DNA of 48,431 bases from Candidatus Woesearchaeota archaeon (GCA_003694805.1 RFJU01000038.1:1-48431), one strand, 5' to 3'. Numbered from the stretch's first letter, positions 1 through 9,388 are shown. The notes: generated by a model not told the origin, from the letters alone. A program made the numbers and translations.

Positions 1-765
1 CGCGTATACGACCCAAGCGACGGAGCGCCGACCTCTTCGCTCGTGTACCACGCACTCGGCAACAAAGACGATCTCTGGATCGCCGCGGCAGGCACCGTCA
101 GCGACTGGCACCTAGGCCCTGTTGCTGACCTGTTCGCCAAAACCTACCCTGACCTCCTCAACACGAAAAGCAAAAACGTTGCACGCGTCATTTACACCAC
201 CCCCCTCGGAAAACTCATCCGCATCATCACCTTCTCCATTAAAGGAAGAGTTTCTGACATGATGACCTCCGTTAAAATTCTCACACGCATAGCCACCCCT
301 TACGAACTCCTCGAGCAAGAAACGCCCAGGGCGCGCTTCCTCCTGCACAAGTACGAACGCATCAACAAAGAATACCAGTCCCTCCTCCAAACAGCACTCG
401 AGACACGGGCAAAGCACAACCTCTTCACCTTCACCTACAAGGAAAAAAACACGTCCTTCACCGCAGACTTGAGCAATGAACTGCTCTTTCGAAAAAAAGG
501 AAACGTCATTCTCGTAGCAAGAGAAGCAGGCGACCTCTTTATCTTCTCCCTGCGCGTCCCTTACACCTTGCACGAGAAGGAAGGAATCAACGCGCAAGAA
601 CTGTTGCACGCGGCAATGAAGGGGCTGGACGGGAGCGGCGGTGGGCATCCTACCGCGTGCGGAGGGAGCATTCGAGCTGCATCATTCGACCAATTCACGA
701 CAAACCTGAGAAGCATCCTTGCTAAACAATGCAAGAAAACGACAGGAACAGAACAGAACAGCTAA
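1..765 (+). CDS. DHH family phosphoesterase with C-terminal DHHA1 domain (RecJ/NrnA-like), 5'-truncated by window edge
   Basis: Frame 1 is open from base 1 (RVYDPSDGAPTSSLVY...). Contains AAAGTVSD, FSLR and GGGHPTACGG (DHHA1 GGGH motif). Confidence 0.8.
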   Translation, partial: RVYDPSDGAPTSSLVYHALGNKDDLWIAAAGTVSDWHLGPVADLFAKTYPDLLNTKSKNVARVIYTTPLGKLIRIITFSIKGRVSDMMTSVKILTRIATPYELLEQETPRARFLLHKYERINKEYQSLLQTALETRAKHNLFTFTYKEKNTSFTADLSNELLFRKKGNVILVAREAGDLFIFSLRVPYTLHEKEGINAQELLHAAMKGLDGSGGGHPTACGGSIRAASFDQFTTNLRSILAKQCKKTTGTEQNS

Positions 766-774
766 GCCGCCTCG

Positions 775-1323
775 TCATCCTCCAAGCAACCGCTCCTCAA
801 GCGTGTCCAACTGAACTGCGTACTTGCTAAGCAACTTCGAAAAATGCGAAGAGTACGCACGGGTCCGTCCGGAGCGCCCCGCGCCCGCCTTCGAACTGGC
901 AGGAAGCTCGGCAAGGTGCAAATACCCCCTCGCGCGATTCATAAACAACCTTGCGCGCTCCTCCTCGCGCTTCTCGCCTTGAGCGGCAACGGCGCCGCGG
1001 CTCCTCAGACATTCCACATACGTCAACACAGCGTAAGCCCTGCTCATGAAGAAGTACAATTGAGATGATGGATGAACAACGTCGCCGCACAGCTCCTCTG
1101 AACGCTCACCGAGCAAGATGACTTCCCAAGCAAGCTCTTCTGTCTTTTGAGTGAATTTTTTTTCGAGGAGTTCACGGTTGAGCGCCTTCGCATAGCAAAA
1201 CGCGGCTCTGGCGTAGTGGTTTGAGCGCTCTGCCTCGTTTTCTTCTTGACGGGCCAGATTGACAAAGAGCTTTCCTGCTTCCTCACCACCCATTTCTTCG
1301 CAAAGCCGAGCAAGTGAAGCCAT
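775..1323 (-). CDS. Hypothetical alpha-helical (TPR/SNAP-like) protein
   Basis: 182-aa ATG ORF convergent with the DHH gene and ending 9 nt from its stop; helical pattern HYARAAFCYAKA; no recognised family. Confidence 0.55.
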   Translation of the reverse strand: MASLARLCEEMGGEEAGKLFVNLARQEENEAERSNHYARAAFCYAKALNRELLEKKFTQKTEELAWEVILLGERSEELCGDVVHPSSQLYFFMSRAYAVLTYVECLRSRGAVAAQGEKREEERARLFMNRARGYLHLAELPASSKAGAGRSGRTRAYSSHFSKLLSKYAVQLDTLEERLLGG

Positions 1324-1505
1324 ACCTGTTCTTTCCTCCTACTGTTCTTCTTTTCTCTCCAAAGGCGTGTCGTTTTGAAGTGTTTTTGGCACGCTCTTTC
1401 CCTTTTTAATTCTGCGCTTTTTGGGCGTTTTCCCATCCGTTTTTCATGAGGCAACGAAGCCCCACCCCCAAATCTTTTTTGTTACTACTAAAAAATAATC
1501 AAAAC

Positions 1506-1520
1506 CGAAAGATTTATATA
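1506..1520 (+). promoter_or_regulatory. Archaeal BRE-TATA promoter
   Basis: CGAAAGA followed by TTTATATA (1513-1520), upstream of the ORF at 1696. Confidence 0.6.
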
Positions 1521-1695
1521 CTAGTGCCACTATACAGTAGCTACGTTGCGGGGTTTTGATCCCTCAATGTGCACGCGTGCGTGAAGAGCACGATTCTACC
1601 ACCTCACCACCCCTCTTCGTCTCTTCACGCGTGCAACCTTTTTCAACAAACAAAAAACGATAAACAAAAAAAACACTTGCTCCAAACCAACGAAC

Positions 1696-2100
1696 ATGCA
1701 TTACAACAACACAACCAACCCGACCAACCCCTCTTATTCTCCGCTCTACGATTCTCCGGTCTACGCACTCATCATCGATGACAGATCAAGAGAACCTATT
1801 GTTCACATCAGAGAAGGTATCAAAAACGCTTGGGAAGACTTGCAGCAGGCAAAAAAGTTAGGCTATCAAGCACTTGTGGTTGTTGAAGCGCGCACTGCTG
1901 ACGACATCAAAAAAGTCGCCGATTTGGCATCTCGTGTCGTCGAAAAATACAGAGCAATGGCTTCTTCTCACGATCAACCAGGCAATCAAGCAGACAAACA
2001 ACAACCCTCTTCAGGCCAAGCACTCCGCTTCCCCATTCGATGCAACGCATCCCAACTCGAAAAGCTGCTCAGCACCCACAACAAAAAAGGAAGAACGTAA
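1696..2100 (+). CDS. Hypothetical protein
   Basis: 134-aa ATG ORF with a globular-looking alpha/beta core (VYALIIDD...LGYQALVVVEART) downstream of a TATA box. Confidence 0.55.
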   Translation: MHYNNTTNPTNPSYSPLYDSPVYALIIDDRSREPIVHIREGIKNAWEDLQQAKKLGYQALVVVEARTADDIKKVADLASRVVEKYRAMASSHDQPGNQADKQQPSSGQALRFPIRCNASQLEKLLSTHNKKGRT

Positions 2101-2208
2101 CAAAACACCTTCTTATCAACACACCACCCCTTACTTCATCAACAGATTCTTACCAATATATCAACAAAACACATTCTTTAAAAATTCCAAAACATTCTCC
2201 TCCACGCT

Positions 2209-2607
2209 ATGGAGCATCACCACCAAAAAAACACTACAGGAGCACACAAGCAAAAAAAGAACAAGGAAACCCGCAAAGAACAACATAAAGAAGCAACACG
2301 ACAAGCGAAAGACAACAACAAACGCACACTCACCATCATTCAATTCCTCTTTGAAGTCATCGTCGCAGGAGGATTCCTCCTCGGCCTCATCCCCTTCGCC
2401 TACCTCTTTTCCGTATGGTTCGTCATTCCACTCACCATCACCAACCTCATTCTTTCCATCATTACGAAAAACGACACGTTCAATTACACACTTCCCAACG
2501 TCTTCCTTGCCTTCTTCAGCCTCATGCCCATCCTTGGCATCGCGGCACGCATAGCCGGAGTCATCTTCGCCGCGCTCTCAGCAGCCACCCTCTCCAAACA
2601 ATTCTAA
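2209..2607 (+). CDS. Small integral membrane protein
   Basis: Basic N-terminus followed by 3-4 hydrophobic segments. Confidence 0.65.
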   Translation: MEHHHQKNTTGAHKQKKNKETRKEQHKEATRQAKDNNKRTLTIIQFLFEVIVAGGFLLGLIPFAYLFSVWFVIPLTITNLILSIITKNDTFNYTLPNVFLAFFSLMPILGIAARIAGVIFAALSAATLSKQF

Positions 2608-2661
2608 GAGGCCTTAAGCAACAACACCAAAAAACATCAAACCAAAAAAAACATTCAACAC

Positions 2662-4011
2662 TTAAAACTTCGCAACCCCGCCCTTCTGAAGCTTTTGCAT
2701 CAACTTCCGCACATCCTTCTCCGACCCGCCGCCGCCAAGCATCTTCACCAACTTCTTCGACTGCCGATACTGCTTGAGCAAGGAGCGAACCTCGGAAGGA
2801 TCCACGCCTGCACCTCTCGCAACACGCCCAATCCTTGACGCGTTCAACTCCTCGGGCCGCTCAAGCTCCTCCCTCGTCATCGAATCCATAGCATAACGCC
2901 ACAGCTTCAGCTTCTCCTCCTGCACCTTCAACGACTCCTTCGGAAGCGGCAACGAACTCATCCCCGGAACGAGCTCCAGCACCCTCGAGAGAGGGCCCAT
3001 CTTGCGCACCGCCTCCATCTGCTGATACAAGTCCAGCAAATTAAAATCTCCCTTGAGAAACTTCCTCCCCAAGTCCTGCGCCTCTTCTTCAGAAATCGCT
3101 TCCCGAGCTTTCTCCAAGAGGCCCTCCAAGTCACCCATGCCAAGCAAGCGCCCCACAAAACGCTTCGGATCAAAAATCTCAAACTCGTCAAGCTTCTCCC
3201 CCACCCCGATGAACTTCACCGGCGCGCCCGTCACGGAGCACGCAATGAGCGCACCGCCCCCCTTCGCAGTGCCATCAAGCTTCGTAATAACGACGCCCGT
3301 CACGTGGCACGTCTCGTGAAACGCCTCTGCTTGGCGTTGCGCCGCCTGACCAACATCCCCCGCCATGACCAACAACGTCTCATCAGGACGCACCACCTTG
3401 GAGAGCCTATCAAGCTCCTCAATTAAATCCTCAGAAAGCGCATCCCTCCCCGCCGTATCCACAATAACCACATCAGCACCCTTCGTATCAGCGGCTTCAA
3501 CAATCTTAACCGGATCCTTCGCTCCCTTGACTCCAAAAACAGGGACACCAATACGCTTCCCCAACTGCTCAAGCTGATCAAGCGCGGCCGGCCTCCACGT
3601 GTCCGTCTGAATCAACACCACCTTCAAACCCCGCTTCTTGTAAAAATGCGCAAGCTTGCCTGCCGTCGTCGTCTTCCCATTGCCAAAAAGCCCGACCAGC
3701 ATAATAGTAAACGGCTTTTTTTGGGGGATCACACGTGGCGCCTCCCCACCAAGGAAGGACACCAACTCCTCATACACAATATTAATCAAGAACTCTTGTT
3801 TTGTCAACCCCTTCGGGCAGTCTTCCTTGAGGGCGCGCTCCTTTATCCTCCTCGTCACCTCAAACACGAGCTGGACATTCGCATCCGATTGGAGCAACGC
3901 CCGCTGAATATCCTTCACAAGCTCATTCACGAGCTTTTCATCAACGAAGAGCGACTTCGTAACCTTCTTGATCGTTGAGCGCAGCGACTCCCCAAGCTTG
4001 TCTAGCACCAT
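2662..4011 (-). CDS. srp54: Signal recognition particle protein SRP54
   Basis: MVLDKLG start (ATG at 4011); DIQRALLQSD; P-loop GLFGNGKTTT; DTWRPAA; DTAGR; TKLDGTAKGGGAL; M-domain FNLLDLYQQM...SRIGRVARGAG. TATA box TTTATAAA at 4039-4046. Confidence 0.97.
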   Translation of the reverse strand: MVLDKLGESLRSTIKKVTKSLFVDEKLVNELVKDIQRALLQSDANVQLVFEVTRRIKERALKEDCPKGLTKQEFLINIVYEELVSFLGGEAPRVIPQKKPFTIMLVGLFGNGKTTTAGKLAHFYKKRGLKVVLIQTDTWRPAALDQLEQLGKRIGVPVFGVKGAKDPVKIVEAADTKGADVVIVDTAGRDALSEDLIEELDRLSKVVRPDETLLVMAGDVGQAAQRQAEAFHETCHVTGVVITKLDGTAKGGGALIACSVTGAPVKFIGVGEKLDEFEIFDPKRFVGRLLGMGDLEGLLEKAREAISEEEAQDLGRKFLKGDFNLLDLYQQMEAVRKMGPLSRVLELVPGMSSLPLPKESLKVQEEKLKLWRYAMDSMTREELERPEELNASRIGRVARGAGVDPSEVRSLLKQYRQSKKLVKMLGGGGSEKDVRKLMQKLQKGGVAKF

Positions 4012-4263
4012 ACCAACCGCGAGGCAAGTCACCCACCATTTATAAATATTCACTGAAACCCGCCACGAACAGCCCCCCCTTCAACAAAAAAAATTCCTCT
4101 TTCGTTCCTGCGGTTCGCCTCAACCAAATAGCACAGTATTTAAAAAAAACAAGAACACCCTCTTCAGAGGAAGACGCATAGACGCTAAGAGAACAAGCGC
4201 GTACTTAAAAAAAAAACAAAAACTACCAAACAAAACAAAACACGACAACTGAGACGAAGAGCA

Positions 4264-4776
4264 ATGGCAAAAATTTACCTCTTCAACCCCCACAGGCAAC
4301 CACGCAGCCCCCACGCCATCGAAGGAAACGGCGAAATCCTCCCGTTCGACTCCACACGAAAAAGCGACAGGAGCGAACGCCTCCACTACCGCCTCCTGCT
4401 CCACGAACTAAAATCAACCACGCCCGAACAGGAGATGCCGTACCACTCCCGCAACCGCATACAAAACTTCTTCTTCGGCAAACACGCCTCCGCCCCGCCA
4501 GCAGTACCACTTAATCCTGAAGAACTGCTCGCCATAAGCATTGGAGGCGGTGCCGCGACGTACCTGCTCAGCGGCAGCATTCCAGCAGCGCTTCTCGTAG
4601 GCGCGGCGCCCTACCTCGCCAACACAGCAAAGAACGCCTGGCGCGCCTTCTTTAAGAAAGAACAACAACCAGAAAAACCAAGCGAAGACGCAGAGGAGCG
4701 GCAACTCGCCGCCCGCAACCCGCAGCCTTCCCTTCTTGAACGCATTCTCTTCGGAGACGAGGAAGATACGTGGTGA
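4264..4776 (+). CDS. Hypothetical protein with one hydrophobic segment
   Basis: 170-aa ATG ORF; hydrophobic stretch LLAISIGGGAATYLLSGSIPAALLVGAAPY; acidic C-terminus. Confidence 0.55.
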   Translation: MAKIYLFNPHRQPRSPHAIEGNGEILPFDSTRKSDRSERLHYRLLLHELKSTTPEQEMPYHSRNRIQNFFFGKHASAPPAVPLNPEELLAISIGGGAATYLLSGSIPAALLVGAAPYLANTAKNAWRAFFKKEQQPEKPSEDAEERQLAARNPQPSLLERILFGDEEDTW

Positions 4777-4871
4777 ACACGTTCCACCCGCGAAGCACGG
4801 TGCGGAAAGCCAAGACGAGACTATAAAAAAACCAGGAAGAACTGCATTGCACAACACGTGTTGAAAAGAAG

Positions 4872-4944
4872 CGCCTCCGCCCGGATTCGAACCGGGGACC
4901 TTTCGGTTAACAGCCGAATGCTCTAGCCGCTAAGCTACGGAGGC
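4872..4944 (-). tRNA. tRNA-Asn(GUU)
   Basis: Reverse complement GCCTCCG-TAGCTTAGCGGCTAGAGCA-TTCGG-CTGTTAA-CCGAA-AGGTC-CCCGG-TTCGAAT-CCGGG-CGGAGGC-G folds as a cloverleaf; anticodon GTT; G73; no encoded CCA; TTTAAA box at 4973-4978. Confidence 0.96.
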
Positions 4945-5150
4945 TGACACGAACGCAAGAGCACGCACCCCATTTAAAAGCTTTGCTCTCAACAACCACC
5001 CTCGTCAAGGCATTCGTTCACTCCAGCAATTTTCCTTCCAAAAAAAAAACACAAAAAAACACGACGAGGTTACGTCTCATTCAAACAACCCGCCAATGAC
5101 CCTCGCGTCCTCTTCACAAAACATCAACTCAGCCTTCGCGCTTTTCCCCA

Positions 5151-7064
5151 TCACGAAGGACGCAGGTACGCACCCATGTACTTTATGAGGTAATACAAGC
5201 GAGTAATATCATAGTACACAAGCTCGCGCTGCGCCTCCGTCAAAGGATGATACAAATTCAAAATAGTAAGGTAGTGCCGCTTTGCTGGACCAATCCTTCC
5301 GAACTGCAAGGCAACGTACGTATTCACCAGCTCATACCGGATACGCTCAACCGCACTCGCACCCGCCGGGGCCTCCAACTCCTGCACTTCACGGCGCACC
5401 TCATCAAGCGTGTACTCCGCCGTTGAAACAATCAACGTCCTAAACTCTTCCAAGACGCACTTCAACACAAGCGGCAAATTCCCTGAACGCTTCTCAAGAC
5501 CGGCAACCCTTCGCTCAAACAAGACAAGAAACTGCTTCAACGACTCTGGCACCGACGCCTTCTTCACCGCCTCCAAGAAATCTTCACGGGTAAAATCCTC
5601 CTCCAAATCCAGCGCGAAAAAGAGGTACTTCCTCGCCGCTTCAAACAAGCGTCCAGCATTATGGCTGAGCTGATCGATTTCACGCTCCAGCGCCCGTACC
5701 GCCTTCAACAATTGTTCCTTCTCCTCCTTGGACAGCAAGAACACCTTCGACCGCCTCCCCGAAACCCACCATCCAAGCAAAGCCAGCCATTGGCGAATCT
5801 TCCTGCGAAACAAAACATAGAACACCAGCAGAAACAAAAGAAGAACGAACAACACAAAGAGAGCAGTGGTGAAAAAACCCTCTGTTGGCTGTACCGGCTG
5901 AGGAAACTCAAGAAGAAGGCAGGGCGCACAAGGACCGCCACAATCCACGCCGATCTCCCCGCCATTCTGAACGCCATCATCACAGGTCGGCACGTATTCG
6001 CAAACACGCTCCGTGAACGGCTTGAGCACCTCAGAACCGCAAGCGTTCTTGTCATCGCACGACCTGAACTGCTTGTTCTCTGGCGTGCACGGGCCCCAAT
6101 CAGTGCAGGACCAGTCTTCTTCACACTCGCCCGCACCATACACACACGCCCCTTTCAAGTAGCGCTCCACCTCGCACTCGTTCATGTCAATGCAGCGGCG
6201 CCACCTCGTCCCGTTCGGGAGGCAGGGAAGCCAATCGAGACAGTTCCATTCAGGATTGCACAAAGCACCTCCGCCACCTCCGCCGCCACCTCCACCACTA
6301 CTACCACTACTGCCACCAGACGAGGCCTGCTGGGTGCACACAACCTGAACAGAAACCACGTTACTGTCTGCACTTAAGTTATACGGGTCCCACGCGGTGA
6401 ACACGACAGGGTACACCTTTGCATCGCCCGTGCACGCGGGATGGGAGTAGCGAACCTCTGAAGAATTAAAAATAGTGACAGAAAGGTCCGGACTGTACGC
6501 CACGGTATACGTGAGCGGATCGCCATCGTAGTCTGCAAAGTAATCATCCAAGAAATACGCTGACAGCGACGTCCCCCCATCAAGCGTCACGTTGGGCACC
6601 GGCACTGCAAGGTAAGGAGGATCATTGATGTTCGACACATTAAAGCGGTACGTGTCGTTCACCACGCTGTTCGAGCAACCAGCGCCGTCGTCGCCAAAAA
6701 TAATTGCCGTGTGATTCCCCACATGCGTCGCGTTCAGCGTCACATTAATAACACCCGACGAAGAAATGGTAAACACTGTCACGTTCGTGACGAACGAAGA
6801 CGTGAACGTCAACGTCGCATTCTCAGGGTCGGACCCGTTCACAACACAAAAAAGAAAATCTCCCTGATCAAACGTCGTATTGCACGGGATCGTTATTGAA
6901 GGAGGATAATTAATACATAAGCGCGCCTCTCCTTGCGCTTCGACCGCCTTCCCAGCCACGTGCACGTGCGTGAAAAAAATAAGGAGCGCTGACTGGAGGA
7001 CAATCATCACGCAGAAGAGCACGACCAAACCATTCACGAATCTCTGTGACTCATCCTTTTGCAT
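5151..7064 (-). CDS. Membrane-anchored surface protein: N-terminal TM, cadherin/Ig-like domains, Ser/Gly linker, Cys-rich TSP1-like repeats, TM, cytoplasmic helical domain
   Basis: ATG at 7064 with TTTAAATA box at 7090-7097. Motifs: SDPENATLTF, NINDPPY, DYDGDPLTY; GGSSGSSGGGGGGGGGG; two C-x-x-x-W-x-C-x-D-W-x-P-C repeats; CDDGVQNGGEIGVDCGGPC; TM ending in RRKIR. Confidence 0.85.
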   Translation of the reverse strand: MQKDESQRFVNGLVVLFCVMIVLQSALLIFFTHVHVAGKAVEAQGEARLCINYPPSITIPCNTTFDQGDFLFCVVNGSDPENATLTFTSSFVTNVTVFTISSSGVINVTLNATHVGNHTAIIFGDDGAGCSNSVVNDTYRFNVSNINDPPYLAVPVPNVTLDGGTSLSAYFLDDYFADYDGDPLTYTVAYSPDLSVTIFNSSEVRYSHPACTGDAKVYPVVFTAWDPYNLSADSNVVSVQVVCTQQASSGGSSGSSGGGGGGGGGGALCNPEWNCLDWLPCLPNGTRWRRCIDMNECEVERYLKGACVYGAGECEEDWSCTDWGPCTPENKQFRSCDDKNACGSEVLKPFTERVCEYVPTCDDGVQNGGEIGVDCGGPCAPCLLLEFPQPVQPTEGFFTTALFVLFVLLLFLLVFYVLFRRKIRQWLALLGWWVSGRRSKVFLLSKEEKEQLLKAVRALEREIDQLSHNAGRLFEAARKYLFFALDLEEDFTREDFLEAVKKASVPESLKQFLVLFERRVAGLEKRSGNLPLVLKCVLEEFRTLIVSTAEYTLDEVRREVQELEAPAGASAVERIRYELVNTYVALQFGRIGPAKRHYLTILNLYHPLTEAQRELVYYDITRLYYLIKYMGAYLRPS

Positions 7065-7158
7065 CCTGCCTATTCCCCGCCCCTGAACATATTTAAATCT
7101 ACCTCCTTTCACCCCTCTTCAGAGAAGCCACTCAAAAAAAACACCTCTTGCCCAAGCG

Positions 7159-8454
7159 TCATCCTGACTTTTTCTTGCGAAAGAAAAGCACGTACACATT
7201 AAGCAAGACAAGCAGGAACAGCACAAGGTACGCGACGCCTAAAGGGGATGCCAGTACTCCGAACACGCCGCCCGCGCGCTCTTCCTTTGGCGGCTCGACG
7301 ACAGAGAACAACACATCCGACGTTGAGGTCTTATTCGCGTAGAAGAGCATGATCGTCGCGGGGTACTCGCCTACTTCAAGCCCGCGCGTATTCCAATACG
7401 TCGTGAGCACTCCGCGAGAAAAACCTTGCAGCGTTATCAATGGCGTCCTTATCACCTCGCCAGCAACGCGCACTTCTGCAAACACATCCCCAATATTCCC
7501 CTTCCAGTCACTCTCAACAATGATATCGAGCTGGTTAATCACTCCTTTCCGAAACACGCGCGTGTAGTTCACAACACGAACGTCGAGCTCGCCAACGCGA
7601 AACGACGCAGAAAGGGGCAGCGACAGCCCATCATAGAAGAGCAGGGCGGACGCGTGATAAGACCCTTTCTTCAGGTCTTTCGTCGGAATCGTAGCGGTTA
7701 GCGTTGTGCTCTTCGTTGCCGGAAGCGAAACACGGTCCGTCTCGAACGACCCTACCGCTTCCCCCTCAGGACCTGTCACGTTAATAATAGCAAAGAGGCG
7801 GACAATATGACTCAGCGTCCAGCTCTCCACCTGCACCCGCGCCTCGGCGGGCTCGCCCTGATTCACGCTGGAAACCTGCAAACTCGCCTTCACCGCTTTC
7901 TCAGGACCGAGGACGCGCGTAATAAACCCTGTTCTCACCGTGGCAAGAGCCGCAATCTGCACTGTCTGCTCGGGAGGAAGCTCCGCGGCGGCGATGAACG
8001 TCTTATACTGTCCCGGCTCCAAGCCGGGAGGATGAGTAATGTGCACGGTCACCTTGCGCGGACCACCATCAGGGGACGGGTCGTCAATCACGACGTTCTC
8101 ACTCAACGCACCCTGGGCATACACGCTTATCCTCGGCGCATCCTCCACGGCGAGCTCGAAGGTAAACGTCTTGCCCGGCTCGTAGAGGAGCGTTCGCTGT
8201 TCTAAGGGCAAGCTCGTAATCTTCACCGCCGCTGCGGGTGCCGCCGCGCCCGCGACGAAGAACAACACGAGCAGCGCGGCCACTGCAAACAAAGGAAACC
8301 CGCGGCGAGAAAAACGCGAAAGGAGAAAACGCAGACACGCCAGCGAGGACACCAACCAGGACACCAACCAGGAAACACCGTGAAGGAGATAAAACAACCG
8401 ACAAAAAGGAACGAATTCAGGGTCCTTGAAGTAATTGGCGTGCATGAGCCGCAT
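7159..8454 (-). CDS. Secreted, C-terminally anchored three-Ig-fold protein (DUF916/DUF3324- or CARDB-like); paralog of 9685-11037
   Basis: GAGGAGG just upstream of ATG 8454 (start uncertain); signal-like LFAVAALLVLFFVAGAAAPAAA; PGQYKTFI, GSYHASALLFY, VESDW, YWNTRGLEVGEY; C-terminal TM followed by RKKK. Confidence 0.75.
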   Translation of the reverse strand: MRLMHANYFKDPEFVPFCRLFYLLHGVSWLVSWLVSSLACLRFLLSRFSRRGFPLFAVAALLVLFFVAGAAAPAAAVKITSLPLEQRTLLYEPGKTFTFELAVEDAPRISVYAQGALSENVVIDDPSPDGGPRKVTVHITHPPGLEPGQYKTFIAAAELPPEQTVQIAALATVRTGFITRVLGPEKAVKASLQVSSVNQGEPAEARVQVESWTLSHIVRLFAIINVTGPEGEAVGSFETDRVSLPATKSTTLTATIPTKDLKKGSYHASALLFYDGLSLPLSASFRVGELDVRVVNYTRVFRKGVINQLDIIVESDWKGNIGDVFAEVRVAGEVIRTPLITLQGFSRGVLTTYWNTRGLEVGEYPATIMLFYANKTSTSDVLFSVVEPPKEERAGGVFGVLASPLGVAYLVLFLLVLLNVYVLFFRKKKSG

Positions 8455-8492
8455 TCTCCTCCTCACACGTGCCCCTTTCACCAAGCCCTGCT

Positions 8493-9128
8493 TTACGTGT
8501 CGTCACACACCGCTTCAATCGTCGCCTGGTGCGCTCCTGCATCAATCTCCTGCGAGAAATTCACTAACACCACAAACTTCATGGAGTCAGCAGTTTCCGG
8601 CGAGTACTGAAACGACGTGGAGCCACAATACACCGTACCGGGCTTGCTCGTGTTCACATCAACGAAAGCAGTATTCGTCAAGTTGCCGCAACTCCCAGAC
8701 TCGTTGTCAAGACCGGCAATTTGGAACTGAGGAGACGTGCTCCCTGACAGGAACTGCGCCGCTGTCGCGTTCGAGTTCACATACACCGTCGCGTTCACAT
8801 TCCCATTATTCTCCAAAATAAAGTCCTGACTGGGAGAGCTCAACCCTCCAGAACAACCACTGCCCGTCGTGCCGTTGCTCGTCATGTAACAACGCTGCCC
8901 TCCAGCAACGTACCCGGACCCGAAATCAACGAGATTGAACGAGCCGAACGTGCAACCGACCGAAGTCGTGACGGTCAGCGTGACATTCCCTGTTTGGTTG
9001 CTCGTCGCAGCCCCGGTCGGGGGGCCGGCAAACCGCTCCACTTGATTCAAGCTAAAAAACGTTCCGAAAAGGGATATCAACATCGCCGCGATCAGCAACA
9101 AGCCCAATGTTTTATTTGACACGTCCAT
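8493..9128 (-). CDS. Secreted pilin-like protein (candidate major fimbrial subunit)
   Basis: N-terminal hydrophobic helix, then TGAATSNQTGNVTLTV and a ~155-aa beta-rich domain with 6 Cys and several NxS/T sequons; homologous to the adhesin C-terminus. Confidence 0.75.
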   Translation of the reverse strand: MDVSNKTLGLLLIAAMLISLFGTFFSLNQVERFAGPPTGAATSNQTGNVTLTVTTSVGCTFGSFNLVDFGSGYVAGGQRCYMTSNGTTGSGCSGGLSSPSQDFILENNGNVNATVYVNSNATAAQFLSGSTSPQFQIAGLDNESGSCGNLTNTAFVDVNTSKPGTVYCGSTSFQYSPETADSMKFVVLVNFSQEIDAGAHQATIEAVCDDT

Positions 9129-9134
9129 TCTTCA

Positions 9135-9365
9135 TCACTCCCCACTTGGTTTTTCAATAGTCAACACCACCTCACCTGTCGGCGGCTTTTGAATCGTCAA
9201 CGCAACTTCTCCTCTCGCGACAGGGCTTACCCCTCCTGGTTGGGCCTGCCTTGCCGCCTTGATTTGCCCAAGCTCGTACGTCACCGTCATGACGCCAAGC
9301 ACGGAAATGAGCAGGGTCAAAAGAACCAAGACAAGAATCGTTCTTCTCGAGATGTCTTCGGCCAT
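9135..9365 (-). CDS. 76-aa single-TM mini-protein with tandem GEVxLTIxKP repeat
   Basis: N-terminus DISRRTILVLVLLTLLISVLG parallels the pilin's DVSNKTLGLLLIAAMLISLFG; TTTAAATA box at 9389-9396; stop lies 6 nt before the pilin ATG. Confidence 0.75.
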   Translation of the reverse strand: MAEDISRRTILVLVLLTLLISVLGVMTVTYELGQIKAARQAQPGGVSPVARGEVALTIQKPPTGEVVLTIEKPSGE

Positions 9366-9388
9366 GTGCATCTTCTTCGAATACCGCC

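Noticed and set aside
8493..9365. Type IV pilins or archaellins
   Set aside because: No class III signal peptide ([KR]-[GA] followed by a hydrophobic stretch with E at +5), and no assembly ATPase, TadC-like platform or prepilin peptidase nearby.
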